From Candidatus Omnitrophota bacterium (GTDB lineage: Bacteria; Ratteibacteria; UBA8468; MWAK01), in contig JBDRQI010000036.1 of assembly GCA_043826355.1 (NCBI GenBank), forward strand, positions 32,001-96,000: a stretch of 64,000 nt of DNA, written 5' to 3'. The position numbers and the translations under genes are program-made. Shown here piece by piece: positions 58,107 to 64,000 of the stretch; the stretch's first letter is position 1, and every line of letters begins with the position of its first letter. The notes under the pieces are model-generated. The model saw only the letters and a list, made by a program, of their open reading frames with translations, was not told the origin of the DNA and did not search any database.

Positions 58107-58883
58107 ATGGGTAATACCGGACTTGGTTTCGATTTTCACTGGCTTGACCTCTTGGACATTGCGCTCCTTTCCGTCCTGTTTTACTATCTCTTCCTGATTA
58201 TTCGGGGCACCAAAAGCGTCCAATTGCTGAAAGGCCTGATTCTCCTTTTTCTGGCAACCTTTCTCTCGCGGATGCTGGACCTGCGCACCTTAAACTGGAT
58301 TCTGGAAAAAGTCCTGGCATTCGGCGCCCTGGCTCTTCTAATTATCTTCCACCCGGAACTCCGAAATGCCCTGGTCAAGATCGGTGAAAGCAGCTCATTC
58401 GAAAAAACCGCCGGATTAAGCAAGGAAAAGGTGGATGAAATTGTCCGGGCAATCTTTAAGTTGGCCAAGGAACGCCACGGAGCACTGATTGCCCTGGAAG
58501 GAAAAGTGGGACTGGCTGACTATGTTCCGTCCGGAAAGACGATTAACGGAGAGATCAGCAAAGAATTACTGCTCTCCATTTTTCACCCGACCAGTCCGCT
58601 GCATGACGGCGCAGTTATTATTGCGCAAAATAAGATTCTGGCGGCCGGATGTATTCTGCCCCTCTCGGAAAAGATGACTTTCAACCCCCTGGTAGGCACC
58701 AGGCACCGGGCCGGCCTGGGTCTTTCCGAACAGACCGACAGCTTAGTCTTAATCGTCTCCGAAGAAAAGGGCTTTGTTTCTGCGGCCCAAAACGGGAATA
58801 TCTCCTACAACATTTCCGCGGAGGAGACAACCGGCATGTTAAACGAAGCGTTGGGAACGGCCGCGAAAGAATTAAAAGGATGA
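58107..58883 (+). CDS. cdaA: Diadenylate cyclase CdaA/DacA
   Basis: Three TM segments, PLHDGA, GTRHRA, VSEE. Confidence 0.95.
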   Translation: MGNTGLGFDFHWLDLLDIALLSVLFYYLFLIIRGTKSVQLLKGLILLFLATFLSRMLDLRTLNWILEKVLAFGALALLIIFHPELRNALVKIGESSSFEKTAGLSKEKVDEIVRAIFKLAKERHGALIALEGKVGLADYVPSGKTINGEISKELLLSIFHPTSPLHDGAVIIAQNKILAAGCILPLSEKMTFNPLVGTRHRAGLGLSEQTDSLVLIVSEEKGFVSAAQNGNISYNISAEETTGMLNEALGTAAKELKG

Positions 58884-59041
58884 AAATAAACAGAGAGCAT
58901 CTTAACAATTTAGTTAAAAATAACCTGGAATTGAAAATTCTGGCTTTGGTGGTCGCCATATTGGTCTGGCTTTACGTCTATCATGTGGAAATATATCTAC
59001 CGCAAATGAGAGACAAGCCGACCCATGAATCGAGAAGATAA
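58880..59041 (+). CDS. 53-aa CdaR-like TM peptide without YbbR domains
   Basis: ATGA overlap with the cdaA stop; [20 protein letters not shown] resembles the CdaR N-terminal helix. Confidence 0.65.
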   Translation: MKINREHLNNLVKNNLELKILALVVAILVWLYVYHVEIYLPQMRDKPTHESRR

Positions 59042-59042
59042 A

Positions 59043-59789
59043 ATGAAATTGGGGATTAATATTGACCACGTCGCCACTTTAAGACAACAGCGCCGCGGCA
59101 AAGAACCTGACCCGGTTTCAGCCGCATTACTGGCCGAAACAGCCGGCGCCGACAGCATCGTCTGCCACCTGCGGGAAGACCGGCGCCATATCCAGGAACA
59201 GGATCTCTCCCGCTTGCGCCGCACCATTAAAACGAAACTCAACCTGGAGATGGCGGCCAGCCCGGAAATTATCAAGATCGCCTGCCGGGAAAAACCGGAC
59301 TGGGTAACCCTGGTGCCGGAAAAAAGGGCTGAACTGACAACCGAGGGCGGACTGGACGTTGAAAAACAGGCAGGTTACCTGAAGGACGTGGTCTCGGAAT
59401 TCAGAAAGTCCGGCATCCCGGTGAGTCTTTTCATTGATGCGGATGCAAACCGGATTGAAGCCGCTGTCAAAACCGGTGCGCAAATCGTGGAACTTCATAC
59501 CGGAAGATATGCGGACGCCGTACCCCAAAAAGAAAGAGACTCGGAATTGAAAAAGATTGTCGCCGCTTCCAATATGGCAAAAAGTTTAGGGTTGAAGGTC
59601 GCGGCCGGCCACGGCCTGGATTACCATAACGTTCTGTCGATAATCCGGATACCGGAAATTGAAGAGTTGAACATCGGATACTCCATCATTGGCCGCGCCG
59701 TCTTTGTCGGCCTGGAAGAAGCGGTCCGGGAAATGATAAGATTATTAAAGGGTTGCTCAACAATTAAATTGACTATTTGCCAGAAATGA
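59043..59789 (+). CDS. pdxJ: Pyridoxine 5'-phosphate synthase
   Basis: [38 protein letters not shown]. Confidence 0.97.
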   Translation: MKLGINIDHVATLRQQRRGKEPDPVSAALLAETAGADSIVCHLREDRRHIQEQDLSRLRRTIKTKLNLEMAASPEIIKIACREKPDWVTLVPEKRAELTTEGGLDVEKQAGYLKDVVSEFRKSGIPVSLFIDADANRIEAAVKTGAQIVELHTGRYADAVPQKERDSELKKIVAASNMAKSLGLKVAAGHGLDYHNVLSIIRIPEIEELNIGYSIIGRAVFVGLEEAVREMIRLLKGCSTIKLTICQK

Positions 59790-60021
59790 TTTTGGAGCGA
59801 GACAAGGAGCGAAGAAGATTGCATAGTCACTGTACTATGCAATCAATGAGCGACGCAAGTCGCAGCCCAAAAGCACCTGGCCTTTCGGGGAGTCCCGTAT
59901 TTGAGGTCATTGCGGCGTTGCTCCTCCTCTCCATACCACGGAGGGTATGTTTCGTCGTCGCGCCTTGCACTGACCTCAAATACGGGACTCCAAATAGTCA
60001 ATTTAATTGTTGAGCAACCCC
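59749..60021. mobile_element. 273-bp MITE-like element, copy 2
   Basis: Same length, TIRs and internal blocks as 841-1113. Confidence 0.85.
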
Positions 60022-60034
60022 CAGGGAGGAAGAA

Positions 60035-60367
60035 ATGTTAACTGGACAGAGGGTGCGTTTGGTCTTATGGAGAACCGGCTCCGATGGCGAAGGTGCCGTA
60101 ATTGTGGTCCGGGGAATGGTAACCTCTGAGAGCGAAGCGATTCTAAAAGTTGAGGGGAGGCTCTACCAGCAGGTTTTCGACGAATCCGGCGAAACGATTG
60201 AACGGCCCATCGGCATTGAAAATAAGCCGCTCATAATTCCGCTGAGTACGGTGCGCTACGGCGAGGTGATTGAATCGGGTAGCCCGGCCGAGGAGTTGGA
60301 CCGGAAGGTTCGTCTTCTGAAACCGCTAGGCAAAGGTGAGATACGGAAGATAGGGGGCCTGACATAG
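60035..60367 (+). CDS. Hypothetical protein (110 aa)
   Basis: GGAGG RBS; ORF fills the gap before clpB. Confidence 0.7.
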   Translation: MLTGQRVRLVLWRTGSDGEGAVIVVRGMVTSESEAILKVEGRLYQQVFDESGETIERPIGIENKPLIIPLSTVRYGEVIESGSPAEELDRKVRLLKPLGKGEIRKIGGLT

Positions 60368-60444
60368 TGTCACCCTGAACAAAGTGAAGGGTCTGGTTTT
60401 TTAATGCGAGATTCTTCGCTTGCGCTCAGAATGACAAACATTAT

Positions 60445-62583
60445 ATGAACGGACAACAGCCGGAGATGGAACAGGACAAGCGGCCGGCCCTGGAGCGTTT
60501 CACCCGGGACCTGACCGCGCTTGCCCGCCAGGACAAACTGGACCCGGTTATCGGCCGGGACGAGGAGATCCGGCGGGTCATCCAGATACTCTCGCGGCGC
60601 ACCAAGAATAACCCGGTGCTTATCGGCGAAGCCGGCGTGGGCAAAACCGCCATCGTGGAAGGACTGGCGCAGCGGGTAGCTTCCGGCGACGTGCCGGAAA
60701 CCTTGAAAAATCGCCGGGTTCTGGCCCTGGATATCGGAGCCCTGATCGCCGGCAGCGTCTTCCGCGGCCAGTTTGAGGAAAGGATAAAATCGCTTCTGAA
60801 GGAGATTGAAAAAGAACAGGGAAAAATTATCCTCTTCATTGATGAACTCCATACCCTGGTCGGCGCCGGAGCCGCGGAAGGAGCGATGGATGCATCAAAT
60901 ATGCTTAAACCGGCCCTGGCGCGCGGGGAACTGCGGTCGGTCGGCGCCACCACCCTGAACGAATACCGGAAATTTATTGAGAAAGATCGGGCCCTGGAAC
61001 GGCGGTTTCAAACGGTTCTGGTTAAAGAACCTTCGGCGACAGATACTGTCTCCATCCTGCGCGGTCTGCGCGAAAAATACGAGATGCACCACGGCGTGAC
61101 GATTAAGGATTCGGCGCTGGTTGCCGCCGCCAACCTTTCCAATCGCTATATTACCGAGCGATTTCTGCCGGATAAAGCGATTGACCTGATTGACGAAGCC
61201 GCCAGCCGGCTCCGCATGGCCATCGACAGCAAACCGAGTCAGCTGGATGAGATAGACCGCAAAATAGCCCAGTTGAAAATTGAGCGCGAGGCTCTGAAAA
61301 AAGAAGAAGATAAAGACGTGAAACAACGGTTTAAAAACGTTGAACTGGAACTCCAGGGATTGGAAAAAGAAAGCCAGAAATTAAATACCCAGCAACAGAA
61401 AGAAAAGACCTTTATCCGGGAAATCCAGCGCCTCCGCGGGGAGATTGAAAAAGGGAGGAGCGAAGCGGAACACGCCACCCAGGAAGGAAACCTGGCCAAA
61501 GCCGCGGAACTTCAGTACGGCAAGATGCCCGGACTCCGGCAAAAACTGGAGGAAGCCGGCGCCAAACTAACCGAAATACAAAAAGATATACAACTCCTGA
61601 AGGAAAGCGTGGACGAAGAGGATATCGCGGAAATCGTCTCCCGCTGGACCGGAATTCCCCTCTCCCGGATGATAGAGACGGAAACGGAAAAACTGCTCCA
61701 CATGGAGGAACGGATTCACCGGAGGATGGTGGACCAGGACGAAGCGGTCTCCGCGGTTTCCGACGCCATCCGGCGCAGCCGCTCCGGGCTTTCGGACCCG
61801 AACCGGCCCCTGGGCTCTTTTATCTTTCTAGGTCCGACCGGCGTAGGTAAAACAGAACTGGCGCGCAGCCTGGCGCAGTTCCTCTTTGACAGCGAAAAAG
61901 CGCTGGTGCGCCTGGATATGTCGGAATATATGGAACGCCACACGGTCAGCCGTTTAATCGGCGCGCCGCCCGGCTACGTCGGGTACGAGGAAGGCGGACA
62001 GTTGACCGAAATAATCAGGCGCCGGCCCTATTCGGTAATCCTTCTGGACGAAATTGAAAAAGCGCACCAGGACGTCTTCAACGTTCTCCTGCAGGTCCTG
62101 GACGCCGGCAGACTGACCGACGGACAGGGCCGCGCGGTTGATTTCCGAAACAGCATTCTGATTATGACCAGCAACATCGGCGGCGAATATATCCAGGAGA
62201 TGGGCGGCGTGGAGGAAAAATCCCGCAGCCTGGTCCTGGAAAAGATGCAGCGCACTTTCCGTCCGGAATTCCTCAACCGGATTGACGAAATCATCCTCTT
62301 TCACCCGCTGGGTCCGAACGAAATAAAAGGAATCGTGGAACTGCAGTTAGGATACCTAAAGGAGCGTCTGGCCGGCAGAGATATTATGGTTGAAATCAAG
62401 CCGAAGGCGGAAAATTATCTTGCCCAAAAAGGATTTGACCCGGTCTTCGGCGCCAGACCCGTCAAACGGCTTATCCAGAGGGAAATGGAGAACGTCCTGG
62501 CCAAGCAGTTGATTTCCGGCGAGATTAAGCGCGGGGAGAAAATTATCGTCGATTCCGACGGTAAAGAACTAACATTCACTTAA
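60445..62583 (+). CDS. clpB: ClpB-type AAA+ chaperone lacking the N-terminal domain
   Basis: Two AAA modules ([16 protein letters not shown]), middle domain (AAELQYG), GYVG. Confidence 0.93.
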   Translation: MNGQQPEMEQDKRPALERFTRDLTALARQDKLDPVIGRDEEIRRVIQILSRRTKNNPVLIGEAGVGKTAIVEGLAQRVASGDVPETLKNRRVLALDIGALIAGSVFRGQFEERIKSLLKEIEKEQGKIILFIDELHTLVGAGAAEGAMDASNMLKPALARGELRSVGATTLNEYRKFIEKDRALERRFQTVLVKEPSATDTVSILRGLREKYEMHHGVTIKDSALVAAANLSNRYITERFLPDKAIDLIDEAASRLRMAIDSKPSQLDEIDRKIAQLKIEREALKKEEDKDVKQRFKNVELELQGLEKESQKLNTQQQKEKTFIREIQRLRGEIEKGRSEAEHATQEGNLAKAAELQYGKMPGLRQKLEEAGAKLTEIQKDIQLLKESVDEEDIAEIVSRWTGIPLSRMIETETEKLLHMEERIHRRMVDQDEAVSAVSDAIRRSRSGLSDPNRPLGSFIFLGPTGVGKTELARSLAQFLFDSEKALVRLDMSEYMERHTVSRLIGAPPGYVGYEEGGQLTEIIRRRPYSVILLDEIEKAHQDVFNVLLQVLDAGRLTDGQGRAVDFRNSILIMTSNIGGEYIQEMGGVEEKSRSLVLEKMQRTFRPEFLNRIDEIILFHPLGPNEIKGIVELQLGYLKERLAGRDIMVEIKPKAENYLAQKGFDPVFGARPVKRLIQREMENVLAKQLISGEIKRGEKIIVDSDGKELTFT

Positions 62584-62616
62584 TGTCATTGCGCACCTAT
62601 TCGCTTGCAATGACCG

Positions 62617-63408
62617 ATGATGCCTATGGAATTTAAAAATAAGGTTGCAGTGGTTACCGGTGCGGCCCAGGGATTAGGCGAACACCTGGCCCGACGCCTG
62701 GCAAAAGAGGACGCTTCCGTCGCGCTCTGGGACATCAGCGACGCAGTACTTACAACCGCGGAAAGAATCGCCGCGGAATTTCCGGGCCGGGCTTCGGGTT
62801 ACGTCGTAAACGTCGCCAAAGAAAAAGAGGTTGACGACACTGCGCAAGAAGTGGTGAAAAAATACAAACGGCTGGACATTATGGTGGCAAATGCGGGAAT
62901 CGTAAGAGCATACGAGATAACCGATTTTCCGCTGGCCGAATGGCAACAGACCATTGAAGTTAACCTTACCGGATATTTTCTCTGCGCCCGGGCAGCGGCC
63001 CGGATAATGAAAAAACAGAAATCGGGCGTCATTATTGAAATCAACTCCAAGAGCGGCAAAAAAGGCAGTTATAAAAACTGCGCCTACGCGGCCAGCAAAT
63101 TTGGCGGCCTCGGCCTGACCCAGTCCATCGCCCTGGACCTGGCCCCGTACGGAATCCGGGTAAACGCAGTCTGCCCGGGAAACCTGCTGGACTCCCCCCT
63201 CTGGGTAAACAGCCTATTTGACCAGTACGCTAAAAAGTGGGGAATCAGCAAAGAGGAAGTGCGCAAAAAATACATTGACCAGGTCCCGCTGGGAAGGTCC
63301 TGTGCCTACGAAGACATCGCCAACGTGGTCGTCTTCCTGGCCAGCGAACAATCTTCCTATATGACGGGACAAGCCATCAATGTGACGGGCGGTCAGGAGA
63401 TGCGCTAA
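62617..63408 (+). CDS. srlD: Sorbitol-6-phosphate 2-dehydrogenase-like SDR
   Basis: TGAAQGLG, INSKSGKKGSYKNCAYAASKFGG, GNLLDSP, YIDQVPL.R.C, INVTGGQEM. Confidence 0.85.
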   Translation: MMPMEFKNKVAVVTGAAQGLGEHLARRLAKEDASVALWDISDAVLTTAERIAAEFPGRASGYVVNVAKEKEVDDTAQEVVKKYKRLDIMVANAGIVRAYEITDFPLAEWQQTIEVNLTGYFLCARAAARIMKKQKSGVIIEINSKSGKKGSYKNCAYAASKFGGLGLTQSIALDLAPYGIRVNAVCPGNLLDSPLWVNSLFDQYAKKWGISKEEVRKKYIDQVPLGRSCAYEDIANVVVFLASEQSSYMTGQAINVTGGQEMR

Positions 63409-63420
63409 CGCTCGGCGCTC

Positions 63421-63588
63421 GGGTGTCTGGTTCATAAAACGCCCTGCGTGTCAGACAAAACTTACGCGACTCCGGCTTGAGCCTCGCCGTGTTTCCGCCA
63501 AGACAACCGACGGACCACGGATACTTAAGCCTCCGTACTGCTTGTTTTGTGGCTGACACTCCGTGAAGTTTTACGGACCAGAACACCC
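63421..63588. other. Long imperfect hairpin element (MITE or structured RNA)
   Basis: Outer stem 63421-63440/63568-63588, inner stem GTGTCAG.ACAAAAC/GTTTTGT..CTGACAC. Confidence 0.6.
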
Positions 63589-63657
63589 TCGCTGACTGGT
63601 AATAAAATAAATACATAAAACAGCAAGGAAGTGGTACGTGAAGTGAAGAAAGGTTAA

Positions 63658-63846
63658 ATGAACAAAAAACAGAATATTGTGCTTTGCATAATGCTTATTG
63701 TTTTACCTTGTATATTCTTCAGTTATGTTTTTGAAAATCCGGACAAGTTTTTAGCCTTGAGTATATGGGTATTTTTAATAGGCTTGTTTCTCTTATTTAT
63801 CCTAAAAGACAAAAAGGGGAATAAATTAAGAAAAACACAGGTATAG
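63658..63846 (+). CDS. Small two-TM protein
   Basis: 62-aa hydrophobic, AT-rich ORF. Confidence 0.55.
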   Translation: MNKKQNIVLCIMLIVLPCIFFSYVFENPDKFLALSIWVFLIGLFLLFILKDKKGNKLRKTQV

Positions 63847-63857
63847 GAGAAAATAAT

Positions 63858-64000
63858 ATGAAAATCAATGACGGGAATTTGGGGAAGCTGGAAAAGGAAT
63901 ACGCCGGGTATCTGGAAGGCGAGAAGGTCAGCCGGTTTTTTCATGATTTTGAAATCAAGTTCGCGGCCGGTCACTGGTGCGCCGGAGGATTTTCGGACCG
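63858..64000 (+). CDS. Partial gene, possibly a xylose-isomerase-like sugar isomerase
   Basis: AGGAG RBS; MKINDGNL...FEIKFAAGHWCAGGFSD, open to the window end. Confidence 0.5.
   Translation, partial: MKINDGNLGKLEKEYAGYLEGEKVSRFFHDFEIKFAAGHWCAGGFSD

Noticed and set aside
63402..63660. Integron attC site after the SDR gene
   Set aside because: CGCTAAC does not fit RYYYAAC, no complementary GTTRRRY closes the hairpin, and there is no integrase or cassette array.

Overview
Chromosomal window from an anaerobic bacterium, probably diderm (OmpA/Pal-type lipoprotein, MltG, LysM/M23). It carries housekeeping genes (alr, mltG, glmS, dgt, dprA, thiE, thiC, ftsH, folE, trpS, hisC, cdaA, pdxJ, clpB), four tRNAs and a putative amino-sugar cluster. 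A ~31 kb energy-conservation region holds a group 4 membrane-bound [NiFe]-hydrogenase operon (full Mrp module, three large antiporter-like subunits, and an AsrA/AsrB-like NAD(P)H module), plus rnfCDGEAB, apbE, hypABFCDE and nfnAB. The most unusual signals are non-coding. (i) Three consecutive tRNA genes are each followed by a small element whose ends are an inverted and a direct copy of that tRNA's own 3' part, and two of the elements share a covarying structured core. (ii) Several palindrome families are dense here; they are nested in one another, supply stop codons, and sit in-frame inside conserved enzymes (Alr, HypF, HypD, NfnB). (iii) A 273-bp MITE occurs twice with compensatory base changes, along with deletion derivatives. 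No transposase, integrase or CRISPR array is visible. All calls come from manual motif recognition; no searches were run.
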